Both the position numbers and the translations under genes were made by a program. A stretch of DNA of 64,000 nucleotides from contig CAWKGA010000010.1 in NCBI GenBank assembly GCA_963849095.1, positions 31,412-95,411 on the forward strand, given 5' to 3'. This stretch comes from an uncultured Gammaproteobacteria bacterium (GTDB lineage Bacteria > Pseudomonadota > Gammaproteobacteria > Steroidobacterales > Steroidobacteraceae). The notes under the pieces are model-generated. The model made no database searches, was not told the DNA's origin, and was given only the letters and a program-made list of their open reading frames with translations. Below are positions 19,020-28,034 of the stretch, piece after piece (positions within the stretch are counted from its first letter, which is position 1; each line of letters opens with the position of its first letter).

Positions 19020-21054
19020 TCAGAACCGGTAGCTCACGCCGGCCACGGCATACACTCCTGGGTTCTTGTAGCCCAGTATCTCCACGATGTCCTGATCGAG
19101 GGCGTTCTGGACCCGTGCGTACAGATCGAAACGGTCTGTCACGTGGAAACGCCCATAGAGATCGAGACGGGCGTAGCCCGGCGCCCAGAACGTCACCTGC
19201 CCAACGCAGACGATGCGAGGTCATGTATAGATTGGTGCCGACGTCGAATCGGGCGATGTGGTAGTTGAGGCCGAGATTGCCCATGTTGCGCGCATTCTCG
19301 ATCGCGAGGTTCCATGCGCCGATGTCGTTCGTGACCTGAGCGTCGGTGTAGGTGTAATTGCCGGTCAGTGTCAGGCTCGAGGTGATCTTGTAGTTGGCCT
19401 CGAATTCGAGGCCCTGCGACCGTTCCGCCTCGGCATTTTCATACCGACCGTAGTCACCGGGTACGAGGGGATTGTAGATGTCGTAGTCGTAATAGATGAC
19501 GTTATCGACGTAGGAGTGCCAGACGGTGGCGGTCTCGCTGAATTGATCGTCGAGCTGCTGCGCGCGGATGCCGCCTTCGATCGTGGAACCGTTCTCGGGG
19601 GTAACGCCCTTGTTCCCGTAGGTCGGGTTGTACAGCTGATCGAGCGTCGGCTGTGTGAAGCTCGTTCCGTAGTTTGCGTAGAGCGAAATGCCCTTCACGA
19701 TGTCGTAGGTCGTACCGATGCTGTATGTAGCCTTGTTTCTCCACTCCGTGTAGCTGTCGAGCCTCGCACCCACCTCCGTGTGCAGGGTATTGGCGAGCCA
19801 GCCGACCGCGGCGTCGCCGTACACAGACTTCGTGCTCTGACTCTCGCTCGAGCTGCCGTAGGTGCCCCCAAGATTGTAGTCCTGTCCGAGATACGTCGCG
19901 CCCAAGACGGCCGAGATGTCGTCGGTCCGGTAGCGAAGATTGTAATCGGCCTCCTTGTTGTCATTGACCGTCTTGTAGTTGTAGGCAGTCTGGTAGACGG
20001 GGACTGCTTGTCCGGCATCGTAGACGTTGTACGTATTGGGATCGGTCCAGCCGTTGTACGGCGCGGTGTAGGAGCCAATCAGTCCGCCGTTGGCCGTATC
20101 GCCATTGACGATCGAGAAGTCCTGGGTCGCAACCCCGATCGTCAGCTTCTGCGAGAGTGACTGGGAAAGTTGCTGCTCCGCCCAAGTGCTCACGATCCCC
20201 GCCTTCGTCTGATCGACATCGCTCGGGTCGGGGATCTGCCGGGAGAAATAGTTGGACTCGGTGGCTCCAGGGATTGATTCGATGACATCTGCATTCTGGA
20301 ACTTGTTGTCGGTTCCAAAGAAGCTCAGACCGAACTCGAGACTGCCCGTCTTGTAGGTCGTCCGGCCGACGAGGGTGGCATTCTTGACGTACTCGTATTG
20401 CACCATGCCTGCGCTGTCGCTGTATGAGCCGTTCAGCGAGTAGCTCCACGTGCCATCGCCGAGGGGCAGCGCGTTCTGCGTTCCCACCCGCGCCTTTTTC
20501 CAATCGACCGATCCTCCTTCGATGGAAACGTCCGTCTCCGGATGATCGCCCTCGAGGGTGGTCAGGTCGATCACCCCGGAGGTGGAGTTTGCGCCGTACA
20601 GCGTTGCGCGGGGGCCGCGCAAGGCCTCGATCCGCTGCACCATCGATGGGTCGAGCTGCCCCAGTAGAAAGCCGATGTTGCCGGAGCTACCCTCGTTGAG
20701 GGTAATCCCATCGAACACATAGAGCGTACTGTCCGAGAAGCCGCGCAGGCGCGGGTAGACGTACTCGCCGGGAACGTCGCCTTGCTCGAACTGGATGCCC
20801 GGCTCCTGCCGCAGCACATCGGTCATGTCTACCTGAGCCTGATCGAGAATCAGCGTCTGGGTGATGACCGTAGCCGGCTGCGTCATCTCTCCCAGGGTCA
20901 AGCCCATTTTCGACGCGGTCACCGTCACCTCATCGAGCCCCGGGGCGGCTGCCTCGGAAGCGGCATCGGCCTCCGCGCGCCGAGCCGCGGCGCTCCAGAG
21001 CCCGAGCATCGCCGCCACGAGTGGCAGAATCGTGGATCGCGCGCGTGACGCCAT
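19020..21054 (-). pseudogene. TonB-dependent receptor, reading frame broken once near 19185-19220 (or assembly indel)
   Basis: The N-terminal 690 aa of ORF 18961..21255 is TBDR-like from MASRARSTILPLVAAML. The canonical C-terminus (...WAPGYARLDLYGRFHVTDRFDLYARVQNALDQDIVEILGYKNPGVYAVAGVSYRF*) is in another frame and stops at 19020-19022. Confidence 0.75.
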
Positions 21055-21155
21055 TATCTTGATCGACCAGCCTCCGAGTGAATTCGCCGCACGATGCGTA
21101 TAGCATCGCGCCCGCAGCCCGCAGCCTGCGGCCCGAGCAAGGATCCGACATCGAG

Positions 21156-22067
21156 ATGTACGGAGTATTATCCGTGAACGCGAGCAGGATGTGCGCCCCT
21201 CTGGCGCTGTCCGTCTGCCTCGGCGTACCGTGCATCGCCGGGCCGCAGCCGCCATCGCCGCGTACCTCCCCCGTTCCGCAGCGCGTGATGTCTCTCAGCC
21301 TGTGCACGGATGCACTGGTACTCGGTCTGCTGCCGCCCGAGCGGATCACTTCGGTCACCTACCTCGCGCATCACTCGAGCGATCCGTCGCTCGCCGCGCA
21401 CGCCGCGCGGGTCGGCACCAATCATGGCGACGCGGAGGAAGTGCTGGCCGAGGCTCCCGATCTCGTGCTTGCCGGAACCTACTCGACGCCAGCGGTGCGC
21501 GATCTGCTCCGGCGGCTTGGTGCGCCGCTCCTCGTCGTGCCGCCGGCGAACGACTTTGAGGAGATCCGCCGCACGGTACGCAGGGTTGCGCAGGCCGTCG
21601 GGGCGGAGCCGCGCGCCGAGGCCTGGCTCGCGCGCATGGATGCCACGCTGACAGCGCTCGCTCGTGCTCGGCCGCCGCATCGGATCAGGGTGGCGGCCTG
21701 GAGCGGCGATGGGTTCGTTCCCGGGAGGGGCTCGTTGTTCGACGCCGTGCTGACCGCGGCCGGAGGGGTCGACATTGCGGCGCCAGCGGGCGGTAGACGG
21801 GGATTCCTCGACATCGAGGAGCTGCTCGCGGCGCATCCGGACGTGCTCGCTTACGCCGCGGAACAGGCGGCGCCGGCACTGAAGACCGATACGGCGGAAC
21901 ATCCTCTGCTGCTGTGGCTCTACCGGCACCGGCGCGTCACGTACCCGGAGTTGTTCGTCGACGATTGCGGTCTACCGGAGTCTGCCGACGCGGCGAGAGC
22001 GCTGCGGAGCGAGCTGTGGGTCATCGAGCGGCCCGGCGGCGCGCGAGATTCCGGCGGGGCGCCATGA
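21156..22067 (+). CDS. Periplasmic binding protein of an iron-complex/haem/cobalamin-type (FecB/BtuF-like) ABC importer
   Basis: Motifs VMSLSLCTDALVLGLL and PDLVLAGTYS. Start is ambiguous (ATG 21156 or 21189). The stop overlaps the permease start. Confidence 0.75.
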   Translation: MYGVLSVNASRMCAPLALSVCLGVPCIAGPQPPSPRTSPVPQRVMSLSLCTDALVLGLLPPERITSVTYLAHHSSDPSLAAHAARVGTNHGDAEEVLAEAPDLVLAGTYSTPAVRDLLRRLGAPLLVVPPANDFEEIRRTVRRVAQAVGAEPRAEAWLARMDATLTALARARPPHRIRVAAWSGDGFVPGRGSLFDAVLTAAGGVDIAAPAGGRRGFLDIEELLAAHPDVLAYAAEQAAPALKTDTAEHPLLLWLYRHRRVTYPELFVDDCGLPESADAARALRSELWVIERPGGARDSGGAP

Positions 22068-23053
22068 TTCGCAGCGGCCTCCTCAGCGGGCTGATTCTGG
22101 CGCTCATTGTCCTCATCTCGATCGCGTCGCTCCTCGCCGGCACGGTGTGGATCTCGCCGGCTGCAGTGTGGCACGGCCTCTGGTCGCCGGGTCCGCACCT
22201 CGCGACGCAGATCGTGGCCGATCTGAGACTGCCTCGAGCGGCGCTCGCTCTTCTCGTGGGGGCGGTGCTCGGGCTGTCCGGTGCGGTGCTGCAGGGCGTC
22301 ACGCGCAACCCGCTCGCGGAGCCCGGACTGCTTGGCGTCTCGGCCGGCGCGGCGCTCGGCGCCGTCATCGCCATCTATTTCGGACTCGCCGACGCCTTCG
22401 CCGCTGCCGCGCCGCTCGCCGGCCTCGCCGGTGCGCTGGCGGCGAGCCTGCTCACGTTCGCCCTCGGGCGGGGCGGCGGCACCATCACGTTGATTCTCGC
22501 GGGCGCCGCGGTGTCGGGACTCGCCGCGGCCGGCATCTCCTTGGCGCTCAATCTCGCCCCGAATCCGTTTGCGGCCAACGAGATCATGACCTGGCTCATG
22601 GGCTCGCTCGCCGATCGCAGCTGGCTGCAGGTGGGTCTGATCCTGCCCTTCCTCCTTGCGGGCGCGGTCATGCTTGCCCTCACGGCGCGCTCGATCGACG
22701 CACTGTCCTTGGGCGAAGCCCAGGCCCAGAGCCTCGGCATCAATCTGAGGCGCTTGTATCTGCTCACCATATTCGGTACCGCGCTTGCGGTCGGCGCATC
22801 CACCGCCGTGACGGGCGCGATCGGATTCATCGGACTGGTGGCGCCTCATCTCGTCCGCCCGCTCGTCGGCCATCAGCCGAGCCGCGTGATGCTGCCGGCA
22901 GCGCTCCTCGGGGCGCTGCTCCTGCTGTGCGCAAACGTCGCGACGCGGCTCATCCGCATCGAGCCGGAGCTGCAGGTCGGGGTCTTCACGAGCTTGATCG
23001 GAACGCCGTTTTTCTTCTGGCTCGTCGTGCGGCTGCGCAAGGCCGCGCCATGA
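22064..23053 (+). CDS. FecCD-family ABC permease
   Basis: ATG 22064 (ATGA overlap). About 9 TM helices, with LRLPRAALALLVGA and GAIGFIGLVAPHLVR motifs. Confidence 0.85.
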   Translation: MIRSGLLSGLILALIVLISIASLLAGTVWISPAAVWHGLWSPGPHLATQIVADLRLPRAALALLVGAVLGLSGAVLQGVTRNPLAEPGLLGVSAGAALGAVIAIYFGLADAFAAAAPLAGLAGALAASLLTFALGRGGGTITLILAGAAVSGLAAAGISLALNLAPNPFAANEIMTWLMGSLADRSWLQVGLILPFLLAGAVMLALTARSIDALSLGEAQAQSLGINLRRLYLLTIFGTALAVGASTAVTGAIGFIGLVAPHLVRPLVGHQPSRVMLPAALLGALLLLCANVATRLIRIEPELQVGVFTSLIGTPFFFWLVVRLRKAAP

Positions 23054-23820
23054 TGACTCTCTCCGCACAGGGCGTCACGGTCTGCCGCGGCGCGCGGGTG
23101 ATACTCAACGAGGTATCGTTCGCCGCCACGACAGGCGAGTTCATCGCCGTGATCGGCCCCAACGGTGCCGGCAAGTCCACGTTGCTCGCAGCGCTCGCGG
23201 GACTGCTCCGCCCGACGCGGGGACGCGTGGAGCTCGACGAGCGCGATCTGTACCGGATCCGCTCGGCAGCCCTCGCCCTGCGGCGCGCTTATCTGCCGCA
23301 GAATCCGCGCTGTGAATGGCCGATCTCGGTGGAACGGCTGGTGGCGCTCGGGCTCACACCGATCCTGCCTGCCATCGGCAAGCTGCCCGCGGTCCATGTA
23401 CGGCGCATCGAGGAGGTGCTGCACCTCTGCGATCTCGCCGATCGCCGACTGCAGGCGGTGACGACTCTGTCGGGCGGCGAGCTCGCTCGGGCGATGCTGG
23501 CGAGGGCGCTGGTCGGCCATCCCGAGATCCTGATCGTCGATGAGCCGGTGGCGGGTCTTGATCCGCGGCATGCGCTCGATGCCATGCGCCGCCTTGCCAC
23601 CTACGCGCGCGGCGGGAAGCTGGTCATCGCCTCGATTCACGATCTGACACTCGCCGCGCGCTACGCTTCGCGCATCCTCGCGCTGGTATCGGGCAGAGCC
23701 GTTGGCGACGGTCCCACCGCAACCACCCTCACGGCCGCGCTCGTCAAAGATACCTTTGGTGTGGACGCTTGCGTTTCCGGCGATGGCGAGGCCCGATACG
23801 TCGATTACCGCTCCGCTTGA
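23050..23820 (+). CDS. ABC transporter ATP-binding protein (FecE/HmuV-like)
   Basis: ATG 23050 (ATGA overlap). Walker A GPNGAGKST, signature LSGGE, Walker B ILIVDEP. Confidence 0.85.
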   Translation: MMTLSAQGVTVCRGARVILNEVSFAATTGEFIAVIGPNGAGKSTLLAALAGLLRPTRGRVELDERDLYRIRSAALALRRAYLPQNPRCEWPISVERLVALGLTPILPAIGKLPAVHVRRIEEVLHLCDLADRRLQAVTTLSGGELARAMLARALVGHPEILIVDEPVAGLDPRHALDAMRRLATYARGGKLVIASIHDLTLAARYASRILALVSGRAVGDGPTATTLTAALVKDTFGVDACVSGDGEARYVDYRSA

Positions 23821-23993
23821 ACGAGCCGCCGCCGCGCCGGCGACACTCCCGATCGCACGGCGGCCACAGCCTCGAATTAACAACGTCAACAAAAGCATTA
23901 ACGTATGTAAACGTCGTCAGAACCGTAACTTACGTGACATTCCGCGCGCGATCGCCAACCCTCATCGCGTACTGGCGGCGCGGGCAAATCAAC

Positions 23994-24593
23994 GTGCAGA
24001 GCGAAATCTCGGTTGCGTACAGTCCCTTTCCGGAATTCTCCGACGGTGAGCTTGTCACCCTCGCCTGCAACGGCGCAGACCGCGCATTTTCCCATCTGCT
24101 ACACCGTCACGCACGGCACCTGCGGCGGCTGGTTACCCGGCGCCTGCGCAATCCCGAGGATGTCCTCGATGTGATCCAGGATACGCATCTCGCGGTCTGG
24201 AGGGCTCTGCAGCGCTACGACGCCGGGCGTCCCTTCGAGGCATGGTTAACGGCCATCGCGCTCAACAAGTGCAAGGACTGGGCGCGGCGGAAGATCGTGC
24301 AGCTCGGGGCGATGGCCAAGGTGCAGGCCGATAGCGCTCGGGATAGCCGGGCGACCGAGGAGCGCAGCGCCGAGAGCCTCGCAATGGAGGAGGAGAGCCT
24401 GCGGCATCTAGAGCGGGCCCTGCTGCGGCTTCCGCCGCAGCTGCGGGAGCCGCTGCTTCTCACGGCTATCCTCGATCTGCCTCACGCTGCGGTCGCGCGG
24501 GAGCTCGGAGCGACTCGCAAAGCCGTCGAGATGCGAGTGCGGCACGCGCGCCAGCGCCTGGGGCATGCTTTGAGCGCGGAGCTCGCGAGCTAG
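23994..24593 (+). CDS. ECF-type RNA polymerase sigma-70 factor
   Basis: Region 2 (DVIQDTHLAVWRAL...FEAWLTAIALNKCKDWARRK) and region 4 (LPPQLREPLLLTAILDLPHAAVARELG). Start taken as GTG 23994, which is uncertain. Confidence 0.75.
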   Translation: MQSEISVAYSPFPEFSDGELVTLACNGADRAFSHLLHRHARHLRRLVTRRLRNPEDVLDVIQDTHLAVWRALQRYDAGRPFEAWLTAIALNKCKDWARRKIVQLGAMAKVQADSARDSRATEERSAESLAMEEESLRHLERALLRLPPQLREPLLLTAILDLPHAAVARELGATRKAVEMRVRHARQRLGHALSAELAS

Positions 24594-24613
24594 CGCCCCG
24601 ACCCGTCCGCGAC

Positions 24614-25996
24614 TCACTGCTCCGGCTGGCTCGGACGAGCCACCAGCGTATTGCCCTGCAGCTCGTACTTGCGCATGAGGAGGCTGTCAGAGCTCTCGGA
24701 GGCCTCTCCCACGTGAGCGAGGGCCTGTCCAATGGAGATTCCGACCTTGCCGGCTCCCGCCGGCGGCAGCGTCTGCGCAGCGCCGCTCACGAGCCAGAAC
24801 ATGCCGAGCCCGCCGAGGCATGCGGCGCTGAGATCGCTCATCGCAGGCCGTAGCAGCGAGAAGTATCTGCTGCGCAGCAAGGCGAGAGCGCCGGCCGCGA
24901 GCAGCGCGAGCACCAGCGCGTCGGCGAGCACGGCGCCCGCGTCGTAGCCGATCACCATCGGCGCTCGGGTCCACCCGGCAAGATGCTGCGGGGCGAGCAG
25001 CGCGGGCAGCACGAAGCCGTCGAGCAAACCGAGAATCCCCGCGGGCAGCAGCCAAAGCCTCGGGCGCGCCCGGCCTGCCGACGTCGCGAGGAAGCCGGCG
25101 GAGAACAGCGCGGCGCCGAGCAGCAGCAGCGCCGCGTCCGCCGCATGCATCGATGCGGCGGCGACAGCGAGAAGCAGCAGCAGAGCCGTCCACCCGGCCG
25201 CGGCTATCTGCAGGCGCCCGATCTGCACCGTCGCGATCCCGACGGCGAGCAGCGCCACCAGGCAGCCGATGAAACTCTCGATCAGCGCCGTTTGCGGTTG
25301 GATCCATCCCGTCGCCTGCGCGAGGAGGGCTAAACCGTAGCCTGCCGCCAGAGTGGCGAGGATGCTCGCAACGTCCTGCCAGCGCCGCACGAGCAGCAGC
25401 GCGGCGAGGAGGAAGCACAGCCGAGCGGAGCCATGGAGGATGTGCATGAGCCCGAGCCGCACGTACTCGCCGATGCCCGCGGCCGGCAGAGAACCGGTGT
25501 CCGGAACCGCCAGCCGCTGGCTGGACGCCGTGAACAATTGCCGCGTGAACCGGCCATCGATCTCGATGCGCGCAAAATCGACGTGCGCAGGCGCCCGCTC
25601 GAACATCGCATAGTCGTGCAGCGAGAGGCCGCTCATCGGTCCTGCGCAGCGAAAGATGATCTCGAAGCCGTAGAGGCCGGTCCCGACCTCGAGCGGGTCG
25701 ACCTTGCCGAGGTCGTAGCCCTGATCGCTCGCCGGACATTCGTGGCCGCGGGCCCACACGTCCGTGTGCGCCAGCACGTAGTCCCCGAGCTTGCTCACGG
25801 TGAGCACGGGGATCGCAGCGCCCGTGAGGCCCTGCGCGGTGTCGACGGGCAGCACGTATCGGAGGGTCACGGTGCCGCTGTCGCGGGAGACGACCCAGGT
25901 CGAGTAGCTCACACTGTCACCGGCGGCGAGCGCGACATGGGCTGCTCCGACGAGCAAGCACGATGCGGCGAGCGCGAGGATTCGTGTCCGGCTCAT
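24614..25996 (-). CDS. HupE/UreJ_2-like polytopic membrane protein with an N-terminal periplasmic domain
   Basis: Signal peptide, a ~180-aa soluble domain, then GLMHILHGSARLCFLL (HupE/UreJ-type H-x2-H segment) and about 8 TM helices. ATGA overlap with the upstream PPIase gene. Confidence 0.55.
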   Translation of the reverse strand: MSRTRILALAASCLLVGAAHVALAAGDSVSYSTWVVSRDSGTVTLRYVLPVDTAQGLTGAAIPVLTVSKLGDYVLAHTDVWARGHECPASDQGYDLGKVDPLEVGTGLYGFEIIFRCAGPMSGLSLHDYAMFERAPAHVDFARIEIDGRFTRQLFTASSQRLAVPDTGSLPAAGIGEYVRLGLMHILHGSARLCFLLAALLLVRRWQDVASILATLAAGYGLALLAQATGWIQPQTALIESFIGCLVALLAVGIATVQIGRLQIAAAGWTALLLLLAVAAASMHAADAALLLLGAALFSAGFLATSAGRARPRLWLLPAGILGLLDGFVLPALLAPQHLAGWTRAPMVIGYDAGAVLADALVLALLAAGALALLRSRYFSLLRPAMSDLSAACLGGLGMFWLVSGAAQTLPPAGAGKVGISIGQALAHVGEASESSDSLLMRKYELQGNTLVARPSQPEQ

Positions 25997-26949
25997 TCCG
26001 ATTGGCCCGGTGCGAGCAGGATCTGCGCCTCCGAGCGCAGGACCGCGAGGTTCTCCTGCGTCGCGCGCTGGAGCTCGGCCTGCCGGTAGTCCGAGTAGAC
26101 CTGCGTGCGCGCGACGGAGAAATCGGCCACCGACGGCAGCTGGCGGCTGTCCATCACGAGCACGTGAACCCCATCGGTATCGACGATCGGGTCCGAGACC
26201 TCCCCGTCGCCGAGGGTTTCCGCGACCTGGTAGAGCTTTGCGCCGAGATGAATCTTCGCGGCGAAATCGAGCTCCTCGGTGTTGTCCACGCGGCCGGAGT
26301 CGACGAAGCCGAAGTGCTCCATGACGTAGTCGATCGATGCGCCGGAACGCAGCTGGTAGACGGCCTCGGCCGCGTCCTCCTCGGCCTGTGCGACGCTCTG
26401 ATCGGCGTTCTGGTAGCCGCCGACGTGCAGCACGAGGTCGTGCACCGTCATCGTGCCGCCGGTCGTGTACTTCGAGCGGTGAGTGTCGTAGAAGGCGTGC
26501 AGCTGCGCCTCCGTCGGCGCGATCGCGAGCAGGGGCGCGACCACCTGCGCATTGACGGCAGCGGCCATCGTGTCGCGGACCTCGGTCGTCGTCTCGGGCA
26601 GATCGAGTGAGAGGCCGCGCTGCACCAGCAGTTCCTCATTGATCATCTCGCGTAGCACGCGGCTGCGCTCGGCCGGGGAGGCGTCCGAGAACGCGGCTCC
26701 CGTCTCCGACTCGGTCTGCGAGATGAAATCGCTCATCAAGACGCCTTTCTGATTGACGAGCGCGACGTAGCCCGGCGGCACCGCGGTGGCCTGCCGAGAA
26801 GCAGGGCGGAACAGTCCGAAGCAGGCGACCGCGAGGCCGATCGCGATACCGCACGCGGGCAGCGCAAGGCTGCGCTGCGGCCGGCGCGCCAGAGCGGCGA
26901 GGCGCCGTTTGAGCGGGCTGGGAAGTCGGGCGATGGTGAGCTGGGTCAT
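25993..26949 (-). CDS. Membrane-anchored PpiC/parvulin-type peptidyl-prolyl isomerase (SurA/PpiD-like)
   Basis: N-terminal TM anchor, a SurA-N-like helical part and a C-terminal rotamase-like segment (VHDLVLHV...GEVSDPIVDTDGVHVLVM). Confidence 0.7.
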   Translation of the reverse strand: MTQLTIARLPSPLKRRLAALARRPQRSLALPACGIAIGLAVACFGLFRPASRQATAVPPGYVALVNQKGVLMSDFISQTESETGAAFSDASPAERSRVLREMINEELLVQRGLSLDLPETTTEVRDTMAAAVNAQVVAPLLAIAPTEAQLHAFYDTHRSKYTTGGTMTVHDLVLHVGGYQNADQSVAQAEEDAAEAVYQLRSGASIDYVMEHFGFVDSGRVDNTEELDFAAKIHLGAKLYQVAETLGDGEVSDPIVDTDGVHVLVMDSRQLPSVADFSVARTQVYSDYRQAELQRATQENLAVLRSEAQILLAPGQSE

Positions 26950-26967
26950 CTGGGCGCTCCGCGAACG

Positions 26968-27804
26968 TCACCCCTCGCGGCCGGCGGCGGGCGCCGCTGC
27001 AGCCGTCGGGTGCGAAACGGTGTGGATGTACACGGCGAGGGCTCGAATCTGCTCGAGGCTCAAGGTTTCGAGCCACGCCGGCATGATCCGGTGCCGTCCG
27101 AAATAGATGCTGTCGTAGAGCGACTGAGGGTCTCCGCCGCTGTCCCACACGTTCACCGTGAGATCGGGCGCGCCGTAGTCGGAGTCGCCGCGTGCATCGC
27201 CGGCGTGGCAGTCGCCGCAGTCGCCCTTCGTGCTGTAGTACAGCGTGTGTCCTTCTTCCGCCGCTTCCGCGTCATATGGCCGGTGGTTGAGCTTCAGCAG
27301 ATACTGGACGACGTCCCGGATCTCGGCGTCGGTGAGGACGCCGCGCAGACCGAACGCGGGCATGTCGGTGACGTTGCGTGCCTTGCTCTGGCCGGAGCGG
27401 ATGCCGTAGAGCACGGTGCGTTCGATGTCGTAGACGCTCCCGGCGCCGTAGAGCCAGACCTGGTCGGTGAGGTTCGGTGCACCGAGCGTCGTATTGCCGC
27501 GCATGTCCGCGCCGTGGCAGGCCGCGCAGTATTGCTCGAAGAGCGGGCGCGCCTGCGCGACGGCAAAGCGCACCAGCGCCGGATCGGCCCCCGCCTCATC
27601 GGGCATCACGGCGAGCAGTCGATACTCGATCCGCTCTCGGTGCGCCCGCAGGTCTGCCGCTGCGATGGCTGCGCCGGCGAGCGCGATCGCCGCGGCAGCG
27701 AGCATCCATGCCCATCGCCGGCGGGGCCTTCGTCGCGGGCCGGGTCCGCGAGGCGGCGGCCGGCCGCGGCCGCGGGCCGTCTGCGCGATGTGGGCCTCGT
27801 TCAT
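26968..27804 (-). CDS. CcoP/FixP-like membrane-anchored dihaem cytochrome c (orphan; no ccoNOQ nearby)
   Basis: TM anchor plus two haem sites, CAACHGADMRGN...GAPNLTD and CGDCHAGDARGD...GAPDLT, each followed by an MPAF/MPAW methionine ligand region. Confidence 0.75.
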   Translation of the reverse strand: MNEAHIAQTARGRGRPPPRGPGPRRRPRRRWAWMLAAAAIALAGAAIAAADLRAHRERIEYRLLAVMPDEAGADPALVRFAVAQARPLFEQYCAACHGADMRGNTTLGAPNLTDQVWLYGAGSVYDIERTVLYGIRSGQSKARNVTDMPAFGLRGVLTDAEIRDVVQYLLKLNHRPYDAEAAEEGHTLYYSTKGDCGDCHAGDARGDSDYGAPDLTVNVWDSGGDPQSLYDSIYFGRHRIMPAWLETLSLEQIRALAVYIHTVSHPTAAAAPAAGREG

Positions 27805-28034
27805 TGATTGCATGGGGATCTGGCCGTGGGATGGGCGCCGGGCCGCGCTCTGCACGGGTGCGGCCTTTGCGCTACTATGATCACGGTGCCCACTTTGCCG
27901 AGATCACATAAGCGCCGGCCGCGCCATGTCAACGTCCGCACTACCTTGAGCCGCCTCGAGGCCACGTGCCCCGAGAAGGCAGAGCGCCGCGGCCCGACCG
28001 AGCGGCCCAGAGCCTCATATCGAGCCTCAAGCAG

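Noticed and set aside
21092-21108. Palindrome CGATGC-gtata-GCATCG between the divergent TBDR and binding-protein genes
   Set aside because: Arms of 6 bp are too short to distinguish from chance without comparative data.
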